From an uncultured bacterium (lineage in GTDB: Bacteria > Pseudomonadota > Gammaproteobacteria > Pseudomonadales > JADFDG01): a stretch of DNA of 64,000 bases. Below are positions 47,821-56,903 of the stretch, piece after piece. A program made the position numbers and the translations under genes. Below the pieces are notes generated by a model. It saw only the letters and a list, made by a program, of their open reading frames with translations. It was not told where the DNA came from and did no database searches. Where the stretch lies: contig CBDDRC010000043.1 in the NCBI GenBank assembly GCA_965232985.1, positions 9,216 through 73,215 on the forward strand, written 5' to 3'. Numbering within the stretch: position 1 is the stretch's first letter; each line of letters begins with the position of its first letter.

Positions 47821-50175
47821 TTACAGGTTCTGGTAGCGGCTCATATCCAGGATCGCCGCCTCGAGGGGCTCCTGTTCACGCATATATGCCGTGTAGTCAT
47901 GAAACAGGCGCCAGAACTCCGGGTGGGTGCGCCGCACGCCCCAGCGCTGCACGATTTTCTCAAAATCTTCAGGGCGACTCGCGGCCTGCATCGCCACGGA
48001 AAAATCGTCGACTTCCGCTGCCGGAATATTGAAGGCGAAATTCGGGTAGCTGGTGAGCACGCCCGGGTAGATGGTCAGGGTGTCTTTTCCCGGCTGGTAG
48101 CGCATGGATTCCAATGTCATATACGCCACATTGCTGTGCGCACGATTGCGCAGCATCGTATAGACCTCGCGCAATCCGCTGGGCGTGTAAACGCGCAGGA
48201 TGCTGGCCTCCGGCAGGAAATCAATCACCGGCATGCCTTGGGCGGGTCTGGCCGCCATGCGGCTGAAAGCCTGATCGGCGCTACGCGCCCAGGCCGGGGC
48301 ACTGTCACGGTAACAATGATCCTTGTCTTGATCGTTGCCGCAGCGATTGATGGGATCCGGCCTGGCGTTGATCTTGCTGAAACGACTCAGCAGCATGCCG
48401 GCAAATTCTGTTTTTGGGTCGGCACTCTTGTAGACGATAGCGCTGGGCTGTCTTGTTTCGATTTTGGGGTAGGACAACCACATTTTCAGTTTGCCGCTAC
48501 CCTGATACCAGTCGTCGCTCAATTTCTGGCGCGCGTTGGCCGGCATCAGCCGCAGAAAAGCGGATTCCGCATCGTGACGGATCAGATCGAAGTACCAACG
48601 TGTTTGCGTCTGGTGCGAGACCGTGCCGAAAACATTGAAATCAACAACCAGGCTGTAATAAGTACGCTCCAGCAACGGATAGTCCATCAGCCACATTGTT
48701 CGCGGGATTTCTCCCCACAAGCCCTTACGCACGGAGGCGCTGTCGTATTGCCGGTAAATGGACAGGACAGCATTGTCATTGCTGCCATCACCAGCCCAGA
48801 TGTCGGCAAAGGCCGCACCTTTGGGCTGCAACTTACCGTAATCGCGCTTGCGTAACTCACCGTAATCTGTGCGCAACCCGCTGTATTTCAGCGTTTGCGC
48901 AAAAAAATCGCGAATGCCGGTTTTCTGGCCCGGCACGCCCAGCAGGGGCGTGGCCGCCTCACGGTGGCTGGCATCGGTGATGTAAAGATCGCGCTCGGGC
49001 GCCTGGAAGAACGTCCAGAAATTGTCACGTATCACATTGGTAGCGATATTGCCGCGGCAGACCGGCCCGCGAATAAAGGTACGGACGAAATATTCGGCGT
49101 TGTCCAGCATGAACTGATAGCGGGCCCGGGCAGGGATAGCCGCAAAGGTGACAAAAGGATTGGTGCGCGCATCCTGACCATAACGCGGAGGATTACCGGC
49201 CTGCCACGCACTGCTGAAAAAAAGCGCATTGATGCGGCTGATTTTCCCCGGGCTGAGCGGATAAGTGATATGGGTTTTGTGCACAATGGCGCCCTGCACG
49301 GGGCGCAAGCGATAATAAACCCGCTCAACGCCAGGCGGATCATTGGGCTGTGCCGTCGCAATCAAATCAATCGCCTTGTCCCTGCCCGTGCGCGAGCGCA
49401 CCACTTCAAAAAAGTGGCTGCCGCTGATGTTTTCAAAATAAAGGTGGGCAAGGAAAAGATGCTCATACAACCAACGCGATACCAGCTTCTCACGCGGGCC
49501 GGGCTGATTGAAAAGCTGTTCCCACGCGGCAACTTGCAGTTCTTCTTCGACGCTGGCCTTGATGGGCTCGCCATCCACCACTGCACCCTGAGCCAGCCAG
49601 GTTGTCAGCGTCTGGTACTGCGCATTGCTCAGGCCGGTGACGCCATAAGGCATACCGTGGTGCGGGTATTTGTGCGCAAAAAGCGCCATTTCATCATCAT
49701 CAAGCGCGCACTGCTTGGCGAAGTCAGTGCCGATCAGAATGCTGTCAGGCAATTTGCTGTTGGGCGCAAAGGGCTGCTCGTGGCCCATCGTCACCATGTG
49801 TGCCAACAGTGACGTGCTGGCATCGCTGCTGTCCTTGCTGTCCTTGCCGAGCACACCAACAAATCCCTTGGTACGCCATGCTGCCGTGCTTTGCGCGTCG
49901 ATGAAAAGGCGGGTTGGTGCCTGGGTCTCAATGCGGGTGCCGTCATAAACCTTGATTTTGGTCGCGCCACGAAGCAGGCCCTCGCCACTGCCCAGGTTGA
50001 GCTGGCAGGGCGCATCGTTGCAGGCATGACAGGCCACGCATTTCTGCGCAAAAATCGGCTGAATGCTTTGACTGTAGGAAACCAGCGCGGCGGCCCGCAG
50101 CAAGCCACTGAAACTCATGCACAGCAGGAAAAAACCGGCAATGCGCAGGTGCAGGGGCCACCGAATATTATTCAA
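47821..50175 (-). CDS. cti: periplasmic cytochrome-c-type fatty acid cis/trans isomerase
   Basis: 784 aa. Signal peptide, then IFAQKCVACHACNDAPCQLNLGSGEGLLRGA (CxxCH haem-c site), as in Pseudomonas/Vibrio Cti. The size matches. The TTG start lies 3 nt after the hrcA stop. Confidence 0.8.
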   Translation of the reverse strand: MNNIRWPLHLRIAGFFLLCMSFSGLLRAAALVSYSQSIQPIFAQKCVACHACNDAPCQLNLGSGEGLLRGATKIKVYDGTRIETQAPTRLFIDAQSTAAWRTKGFVGVLGKDSKDSSDASTSLLAHMVTMGHEQPFAPNSKLPDSILIGTDFAKQCALDDDEMALFAHKYPHHGMPYGVTGLSNAQYQTLTTWLAQGAVVDGEPIKASVEEELQVAAWEQLFNQPGPREKLVSRWLYEHLFLAHLYFENISGSHFFEVVRSRTGRDKAIDLIATAQPNDPPGVERVYYRLRPVQGAIVHKTHITYPLSPGKISRINALFFSSAWQAGNPPRYGQDARTNPFVTFAAIPARARYQFMLDNAEYFVRTFIRGPVCRGNIATNVIRDNFWTFFQAPERDLYITDASHREAATPLLGVPGQKTGIRDFFAQTLKYSGLRTDYGELRKRDYGKLQPKGAAFADIWAGDGSNDNAVLSIYRQYDSASVRKGLWGEIPRTMWLMDYPLLERTYYSLVVDFNVFGTVSHQTQTRWYFDLIRHDAESAFLRLMPANARQKLSDDWYQGSGKLKMWLSYPKIETRQPSAIVYKSADPKTEFAGMLLSRFSKINARPDPINRCGNDQDKDHCYRDSAPAWARSADQAFSRMAARPAQGMPVIDFLPEASILRVYTPSGLREVYTMLRNRAHSNVAYMTLESMRYQPGKDTLTIYPGVLTSYPNFAFNIPAAEVDDFSVAMQAASRPEDFEKIVQRWGVRRTHPEFWRLFHDYTAYMREQEPLEAAILDMSRYQNL

Positions 50176-50178
50176 TAC

Positions 50179-51225
50179 TCAACCCTGCGACGGATTCAAC
50201 GCCGCCCCCAGCAAACGGGCGGTGATATCGACCAAAGGCACCACCCGCTCATAGGCCATGCGCGTCGGGCCGACCACCGCCAGCACGCCGAGCGCATCGC
50301 CACCCTTGCCATAGGGCGCGGTGATGATTGAGCAACCGGCAAAGGCGTCGTAGCCCGATTCACTGCCGATGAAAACCGTTACGCCCGACGCCGCGCCGCA
50401 GCGATCCATCAGGTCAAGAATGTCGCGTTTGTGCTGGAACGCCTCGAAGATATCGCGCAGCCGCGACATATCGGCCTCACCGGACAGCCCGGCAATCAGG
50501 TTCGATTCGCCAGCCAGCTTGAACTCCGGGCTCGATTCCTGCGCTTTGAGCGCTTTATCGGCCATATCGAGCGCTTCCTGCATCAGCATATCCATGCGTT
50601 CCTTGTCGGCGCGCATCAGCTCGACGATGCGATTGCGAATGCCTTCGATGTCGTGACCCGCAAAATGCTGATTAATGAAGTTCGCCGCCTGGCGCAATTC
50701 GATTTCCGAATACTCGCGTAAAGTATCGATGATCTGGTTCTGCACTTCGCGCTGGTTGAGCACGAAAATCACCAGCACGCGATTACCCGCCAGCGGCAGA
50801 AACTCGACCTGGCGCAGGGTGCCGAAACGACGGCGCGGCACGGCAACAACACCGGTCATGCGTGAGAAATCCGACAACAGTCGGGATGCCGCATCGACCA
50901 GTTCGCCCGTGGTTTTTTCCGCCGTCAGCGCGCCGGACAACTGCTGCAACTGCCGCTGCTCCAGCGGCGAGAACGTGACCAGACTGTCGACGAACAACCG
51001 GTAACCCTGCTCGGTCGGCACCCGCCCCGCCGAAGTATGCGGCGAGATGACATAACCGCGCTCCTCAAGCTCGACCATGATGTTGCGCACGGTCGCCGGA
51101 CTCACGGACATTGCCGTCTCGCGCACCAGCGTTTTCGAACCCACCGGCTGGCCCTCGCGGATGTAACACTCCACGAGAGTCTTCAGCAGGCGCTGCGCGC
51201 GTTCGTTGATGATCGGGACGGACAT
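50179..51225 (-). CDS. hrcA: heat-inducible transcription repressor HrcA
   Basis: NERAQRLLKTLVECYIREGQPVGSKTL winged-helix N-terminus; 348 aa, full-length collinear with HrcA. Confidence 0.9.
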   Translation of the reverse strand: MSVPIINERAQRLLKTLVECYIREGQPVGSKTLVRETAMSVSPATVRNIMVELEERGYVISPHTSAGRVPTEQGYRLFVDSLVTFSPLEQRQLQQLSGALTAEKTTGELVDAASRLLSDFSRMTGVVAVPRRRFGTLRQVEFLPLAGNRVLVIFVLNQREVQNQIIDTLREYSEIELRQAANFINQHFAGHDIEGIRNRIVELMRADKERMDMLMQEALDMADKALKAQESSPEFKLAGESNLIAGLSGEADMSRLRDIFEAFQHKRDILDLMDRCGAASGVTVFIGSESGYDAFAGCSIITAPYGKGGDALGVLAVVGPTRMAYERVVPLVDITARLLGAALNPSQG

Positions 51226-51387
51226 CGGGTATCCCCGGTGGTGCGGGTATGGGGGCTCAGGAAGCTTGCGGCAAAGGTCGCTGGCAAAAAATGGTAGCCA
51301 ACCGCAGTCTAGGCAGGCGCTGACGGCTTATCAATGCAATGGCGCGGGGCTTATGATCCGGGCTTCCCGCCCGATGTTGCAACGCCG

Positions 51388-53061
51388 ATGCTCAACACCC
51401 TCTCGATCAGCCATTACGCCATCGTCGACGCCCTCGAGATCGAGTTCGCGCCCGGGCTGACCGTCGTCACCGGCGAGACCGGCGCCGGCAAGTCGATCAT
51501 GATCGACGCGCTGGCGCTGACTCTGGGGGACCGCGCCGACGCCAGTACCGTGCGCCCGGGTGCCGAGCGTGCCGACATCATCGCCACCTTCGACATCAGC
51601 CGGCTGGCGGATGCCCGGGCCTGGCTGGCAGAGCGGGAACTTGATGCCGGCACTGCCGAACAGGCCGACTGCATCCTGCGCCGTACGGTCGGCGCCGATG
51701 GCCGCTCACGCGCGTTCATCAATGGCAAACCCTCAACGCTTGCCGATCTGAAGAGCCTCGGCGAGTTGCTGATCGACATCCATGGCCAGCACGAACACCA
51801 GTCACTGCTGCGGCGCGACATGCACCGCGTGCTGCTCGATCAGTACGGCGGCCTTGCGGCACAGGCGAAGGCCGTCGCGCAGGCCTTCCGCGCGTTTCGC
51901 GACCAGCGCGACGCGCTCGCCGCACTCGAACAGGCGGCTAGCGATCGCGATGCCCGCCGCGAATTGTTGAAATTCCAGGTCGATGAATTTGACCGCCTCG
52001 GGCTCAAGGCCGGCGAATATGCCAAGCTCGATGCCGAGCACAAGCGCTTGGCGAACGTCGACGGTTTGCGCGCCGCCTGTGCACAGGCTTTCGCACTGGT
52101 CTATGAACACGAAGACGGCGCCGCCCGCGACCGTCTCGAACGCGCCCGTTACGCGCTGGAAAACCTCGAGGACGCGGAACTCAAACGCGCTGCGGAACTG
52201 TTGTCTTCGGCGATCGTTCACACCGAAGAAGCCGCCGACACCCTGCGCCACTACCTCGACCGGCTGGAAGCGGATCCCGCGCGCTTAGGCGAAGTCGAGG
52301 CGCGGCTGTCGAGCTGCTTCAACCTGGCGCGCAAGCATCGTGCGCAGCCCGAGGATCTCGTCGATATACATGCGCGACTGGCGACAGAATTTGATCGCCT
52401 GGAGCACCACGACACGCATCGCGCCGCACTTGAACGTGATGTCGCCGAACTGCGCGAAGCGTTTATCGGCGCCGCCAGCCAACTCGCCGCAGCGCGGCGA
52501 AAAGTCGCAAAGAAACTTGAAAAGGATGTCGGCGAACAGCTTGTCCAACTCGGCATGCCCGGTGGTCGTCTCGTCATCGCGTTCACGCCGCTCGCCGAAA
52601 AAGATTTCGGCACTGCCGGCATCGACACCATCGAATTGCTGGTCAGTCTCAATGCCGGTCAACCGCCGAAGCCGCTGACAAAAGTCGCGTCGGGCGGCGA
52701 GCTCTCGCGCATCAGCCTCGCCATCCAGGTGATCTGCGCCGAGCAAAGTACGATACCAACGCTGATTTTCGACGAGGTCGATGTGGGCATCGGCGGCGGT
52801 ATCGCCGAGGTCGTCGGCAAGCTGCTGCGCCGCCTCGGTGAGCGCGGCCAGGTAATCTGCGTCACCCACCTGGCGCAGGTTGCCGCCTGTGGCCGCCAGC
52901 ATCTGCGCGTCGAAAAGCACTCGGACGGCAAGCAGACCGCGAGCGCCGTCGTTACCCTCAATCGCCAGGAGCGCGTGCAGGAAATCGCGCGCATGGCCGG
53001 CGGGCTCACCGTCACGCCGGAGGCGTTGAAACACGCCGAAGCGATGCTTGCAGGCAGTTGA
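51388..53061 (+). CDS. recN: DNA repair protein RecN
   Basis: Trimmed to ATG 51388. Walker A GETGAGKS, long coiled coil, signature ASGGELSRISLA and Walker B LIFDEVDVG. Confidence 0.93.
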   Translation: MLNTLSISHYAIVDALEIEFAPGLTVVTGETGAGKSIMIDALALTLGDRADASTVRPGAERADIIATFDISRLADARAWLAERELDAGTAEQADCILRRTVGADGRSRAFINGKPSTLADLKSLGELLIDIHGQHEHQSLLRRDMHRVLLDQYGGLAAQAKAVAQAFRAFRDQRDALAALEQAASDRDARRELLKFQVDEFDRLGLKAGEYAKLDAEHKRLANVDGLRAACAQAFALVYEHEDGAARDRLERARYALENLEDAELKRAAELLSSAIVHTEEAADTLRHYLDRLEADPARLGEVEARLSSCFNLARKHRAQPEDLVDIHARLATEFDRLEHHDTHRAALERDVAELREAFIGAASQLAAARRKVAKKLEKDVGEQLVQLGMPGGRLVIAFTPLAEKDFGTAGIDTIELLVSLNAGQPPKPLTKVASGGELSRISLAIQVICAEQSTIPTLIFDEVDVGIGGGIAEVVGKLLRRLGERGQVICVTHLAQVAACGRQHLRVEKHSDGKQTASAVVTLNRQERVQEIARMAGGLTVTPEALKHAEAMLAGS

Positions 53062-53062
53062 C

Positions 53063-54904
53063 ATGGGCGCACCCGGCAGCAATTCGCGGCAGTTCATTTT
53101 GCTTGGCTGCGTGGCGCTGCTGCTGATCAGCGCCGGTGTTACCGGCTGGCTTACCCGTCTCGACCAGACCGGCCTCGACGGATTGTTGCGCCTGAATGCA
53201 CAGTCGCGCACGCTGCCCGCCGACATCGTGTTGATCGACATCGATCAGAAAAGTCTCGAAGACATGAACGCAATTGCCGGCAGTTGGCCCTGGCCACGCG
53301 CGGTGCATGCGGAACTCATCGATGCGCTCGCGCACCAGCAGCCCAAAGCGATGGTGTTCGATTTACTGCTCAACGAAGCCGACTCCTTCCGACCGGAAAG
53401 TGATGCGCTGTTTGCCGACACCGTCGCCGCGCAGCCCAATGTCTACTTACCGACCATGCTGCTCGCCGATGGCACCGGCGCGCGACTCGCCGATTTCCCG
53501 CCCGCCATGCACATCGCCCGCACCGCGAATGCCGATAACAACGCCAGTGCACCGCTGCTGGTACCGCTGATCGTCGCACCGGAACACTGGCGCGGCGGCA
53601 CGATCAACTTCCTCGCCGACGATGACGGCACCGGCCGCCGCTATGACCTGTATCGCGACATCGCCGGCTGGCAGATACCTTCGCTGCCAAAACGCATCGC
53701 CGACGATTTCGGCTGGCCAACGCCGCCGGCCGACCACTTCCCGCTCAACTGGTACAGCAGCCCGCGACAGCGTTACAGCTATGCCACGGTCTACAACGAC
53801 CTCACCGGCTCGGCACCACAACTTGCCGACGCATTCCGCAACAAGATCGTGATCATCGGCGCGGCGGCGCCGGGCCTCGGCGATTTGCGGCCGACGCCGA
53901 TGGGCGGCACCTACCAGGGCATGCTGGTGCTCGCTACTGCGATTGGCAATTTACATGCCGGCGACTGGCTCACCGACACACCATGGGGCCTCGCACTCTA
54001 CCCACTGCTGCTCACGCCGCTGCTCCTGGCTTTCCGGCGCAAGATCGGCCCGTTGCGTATTGGCATCGGCCTGCTGGCGCTGTCGATCGTGCTGGTGGTA
54101 CTTGAATACGTACTGCTGGCGAAATTGCGTCTGATCAGCCATGCCGTCGCACCGGTCGCTGCAGCCTGGTTGATGTTCCTCGCACTGGCACTGGTGTCCT
54201 GGTGGGGAGAGCGCCAACAACGCGAACAGGCAATAACAATCTTCGGCAGGTTTCTCGACCCGCGCGTGGTGCGTTCGCTGGTCGATGGCGGCGCTGTCGC
54301 CGACGCGCGCGCGACACAGGCACGCGAAATCAGCATCCTGTTTTCCGACATCCGCGGCTTCACGACGATGTCCGAGCGCAGCACGCCCGAGCAGGTCGTC
54401 ACCCTGCTCAACGATTATTTCAGCCAGCAGGTACGGGTGATCTTCCACACCCAGGGCACGCTCGACAAATTCATCGGCGACGCCATCATGGCCTTCTGGG
54501 GCGCGCCCGCCAACGACCCGCAGCACGCCGTGCATGCGGTCGAGGCGGCGCTGGAAATGGTCGACGTCCTGCTGATGTTCAAAGCCGGTCTGGGCGAGGC
54601 CGGCGAGCACTTCGACGTGGGCATCGGCGTGCATTCCGGCCCGGCGGTAGTTGGTTTCATCGGCTCGCACGACCGGCTGGACTACACGGCAATCGGCGAT
54701 AGCGTTAATCTCGCTTCACGGATTGAAGGCGCCACCAAGGGTATCGCCCGGGTCCTTGTTTCCGAAGACACCATGCGTGCCTGCGGCGATACGTTCGATT
54801 TTATCGACCACGGCATTGTCCACGTGAAAGGACGCGAACAGGGAGTAAGACTCTATGAACCGTTCCGAAAGAATACTGCTGCCGGCACTGCTGCTCACGG
54901 CTAG
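53063..54904 (+). CDS. membrane CHASE2-domain class III nucleotidyl (probably adenylyl) cyclase
   Basis: N-terminal TM, a periplasmic CHASE2-like region (DIVLIDIDQKSLEDM...WPWPR), three or more TM segments and a cyclase domain (ILFSDIRGFTTMSE, DKFIGDAIMAFWGAP, YTAIGDSVNLASRIEG). The Lys/Thr specificity pair suggests ATP. ATG 53063 lies 2 nt after the recN stop; a TTG at 53048 is an alternative start. Confidence 0.8.
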   Translation: MGAPGSNSRQFILLGCVALLLISAGVTGWLTRLDQTGLDGLLRLNAQSRTLPADIVLIDIDQKSLEDMNAIAGSWPWPRAVHAELIDALAHQQPKAMVFDLLLNEADSFRPESDALFADTVAAQPNVYLPTMLLADGTGARLADFPPAMHIARTANADNNASAPLLVPLIVAPEHWRGGTINFLADDDGTGRRYDLYRDIAGWQIPSLPKRIADDFGWPTPPADHFPLNWYSSPRQRYSYATVYNDLTGSAPQLADAFRNKIVIIGAAAPGLGDLRPTPMGGTYQGMLVLATAIGNLHAGDWLTDTPWGLALYPLLLTPLLLAFRRKIGPLRIGIGLLALSIVLVVLEYVLLAKLRLISHAVAPVAAAWLMFLALALVSWWGERQQREQAITIFGRFLDPRVVRSLVDGGAVADARATQAREISILFSDIRGFTTMSERSTPEQVVTLLNDYFSQQVRVIFHTQGTLDKFIGDAIMAFWGAPANDPQHAVHAVEAALEMVDVLLMFKAGLGEAGEHFDVGIGVHSGPAVVGFIGSHDRLDYTAIGDSVNLASRIEGATKGIARVLVSEDTMRACGDTFDFIDHGIVHVKGREQGVRLYEPFRKNTAAGTAAHG

Positions 54905-55394
54905 CGTCTTGCTGGCACCCCTGGTTGGCGCCGCCGACCAGGCAACTCTCGCGCGGGACACGGAATTGCGCGCCAAGCCGCTCGGCGATGCGGCCGTCGT
55001 CGCGCCGCTCAAATCGAAAACTACCGTAACGATTGTCTCGCGCAGCGGGGCCTGGGCGCAGGTCACGACTGGCGATGGTCAAACCGGTTACGTTCGCATG
55101 CTCAATCTGCGTACCGGCAGCAGCCAGAAAGGCGACAGCGGCATCGGCGCACTCGCCAGCGTGTTCAGAACCGGATCAAGTGGCAACAACGTCGCTACCG
55201 GCGTGAAGGGCATGTCCGAGGAAGACCTCACCGGCGCCACGCCATCGCCGGAGGCAGTCGAGCATCTCTCGCATCACCAGGCAAGCGAAAAAGAAGCCCG
55301 CAATGGCGCCAAGAATGTCGGCCTGAAAGCAAAAGAGGTGGCATATCTTGCCGCGCCGGAAAAAGACGCCATGCGCCAGGATAACGGGGAGTAA
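54855..55394 (+). CDS. secreted SH3b-domain protein with a disordered C-terminal half
   Basis: Signal peptide ...LLAPLVGAADQ and an SH3_3-like core (LRAKPLGDAAVVAPLKSKTTVTIVSRSGAWAQVTTGDGQTGYVRMLNL). RBS GGAG. It overlaps the cyclase 3' end by 50 nt. Confidence 0.65.
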   Translation: MNRSERILLPALLLTASVLLAPLVGAADQATLARDTELRAKPLGDAAVVAPLKSKTTVTIVSRSGAWAQVTTGDGQTGYVRMLNLRTGSSQKGDSGIGALASVFRTGSSGNNVATGVKGMSEEDLTGATPSPEAVEHLSHHQASEKEARNGAKNVGLKAKEVAYLAAPEKDAMRQDNGE

Positions 55395-55400
55395 ATCGCC

Positions 55401-56303
55401 ATGAAAAAACTTTCTACTCTGCTGTGTGCATGGGTATGCGCTTCGCTTGCCGTCACACCAGCGCACGCCTTTGATCTCGGCAACCTCAAGGATCTGGATC
55501 GCGTCAAGAAAGCGATCAGCATCGGCGGCAAGGTCGTCAAGGCCAACCGCGAAATCAATCAGGAAGAAGAAATTGAAATCGGCAAGGGCGTGGCCGCCCA
55601 GGTGATGGGCGCGGCGCCGCTGGTCGAAAACACGGCGTTGCAGCAATACGTCAACCAGGTTGGTCTGTGGCTGGCATTACAAACTGAACGTCCTGACCTG
55701 CCCTGGCAGTTCGGCGTCATTGCCAGCGACGACGTCAACGCCTTCTCGACCCCGGGCGGCACCATTCTGGTGACCCGCGGCATGTATTCACGCTTTCGCA
55801 GCGAGTCTGAGCTCGCCGGTGTGCTGGCGCATGAAATCGGCCATGTGCTTGAGAAGCATCAGCTCAAGCAGATCCAGAAGGCGCTGGGCAACGAATGGAA
55901 GATGGAACTGGTCAACGCCGCCGCCGAAGACAAGGGCAAACAAAGTGGGCAGAACCTTGCCAAGGCCTTTTCAGCCGGTACCGAGGTCTTCACCCGCGGC
56001 CTCGACAAGCAGGACGAATTTGCCGCCGACCGCCTCGGCGTCGTGATCGCCGCGCGCGCCGGCTATAACCCGTACGGGCTCGTTAGCGTGCTGCAAACAT
56101 TGGGCGAAATCGGCAGCCAGGATTCGGCAATGGCATTGATGTTCAAGACGCATCCTTCAGCCGGCACGCGACTCGACACCCTTGCCGTTGCGATGGGCGA
56201 ATCGCTGGATGCATACGCTGGCGGTGTCGAAAACACGAAACGCTTTATTCCGCTCAAGGCCGAAGCCGCCTCGGACGCAGCACGCGAAGCAGCGCAGAAG
56301 TAG
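55401..56303 (+). CDS. secreted M48-family zinc metalloprotease
   Basis: Signal peptide MKKLSTLLCAWVCASLAVTPAHA, HEIGH (LAHEIGHVLEKH) and a downstream DEFAAD third ligand region. Confidence 0.8.
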   Translation: MKKLSTLLCAWVCASLAVTPAHAFDLGNLKDLDRVKKAISIGGKVVKANREINQEEEIEIGKGVAAQVMGAAPLVENTALQQYVNQVGLWLALQTERPDLPWQFGVIASDDVNAFSTPGGTILVTRGMYSRFRSESELAGVLAHEIGHVLEKHQLKQIQKALGNEWKMELVNAAAEDKGKQSGQNLAKAFSAGTEVFTRGLDKQDEFAADRLGVVIAARAGYNPYGLVSVLQTLGEIGSQDSAMALMFKTHPSAGTRLDTLAVAMGESLDAYAGGVENTKRFIPLKAEAASDAAREAAQK

Positions 56304-56346
56304 GAAGTCAAAAAGCTGGTAACACAATAAACCGCACGCCGCCGGC

Positions 56347-56781
56347 TCAGACCGGCGCGGTTTTCACGCAGTCGGCGCAGATGCCATACAGATAGAGGCT
56401 GTGGTGTGTCAGGCGGAAACCGTGCCGCGTAGCGATTTCCTGCTGCCGCTGCTCGATGAGCGTATCGCTGAACTCGGTAACGCGATTGCAGCGCAGGCAG
56501 ACCAGATGGTCGTGGTGCGCACCGGATTCGAGCTCGAACACCGCCTGATCGGCATCGAAATTATGCTTGATGACAAGACCCGCATCCTGAAACTGGGTCA
56601 GCACCCGGTAAACAGTAGCAAGACCAATATCCTCGCCGCCGTCGCGCAGGGAACGAAATACGTCCTCGGCAGTCAGATGACGGTTCCCGCGATGGGCTTC
56701 CTCAAGCAACCCAAGGATCTTGATGCGCGGCAACGTGACCTTGAGGCCGGCCTTGCGCAATTCGTTGTCCTGCTGGCTCAT
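56347..56781 (-). CDS. fur: ferric uptake regulator
   Basis: Trimmed to ATG 56781. LKVTLPRIKILGLL, HHDHLVCLRCNRV, YGICADC. Confidence 0.92.
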   Translation of the reverse strand: MSQQDNELRKAGLKVTLPRIKILGLLEEAHRGNRHLTAEDVFRSLRDGGEDIGLATVYRVLTQFQDAGLVIKHNFDADQAVFELESGAHHDHLVCLRCNRVTEFSDTLIEQRQQEIATRHGFRLTHHSLYLYGICADCVKTAPV

Positions 56782-56903
56782 CGGTATTGCCGCCTCCCGT
56801 TGGCCGGTGCGCGAGTGATCCGCTACCATGGCGCTCCGCGAAGCTTGGGCCTGCGGTTCCGGCTGGTCATGGCCAATCAACCTTAGACGAAAAGCTCACT
56901 CCG

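Noticed and set aside
56331-56364. A hairpin plus TTTT overlapping the fur stop codon, possibly a plus-strand terminator for the M48 gene.
   Set aside because: It was not listed as a feature because the stem needs a bulge (6 clean base pairs) and overlaps the convergent fur coding end. It is plausible but too weak to call confidently.
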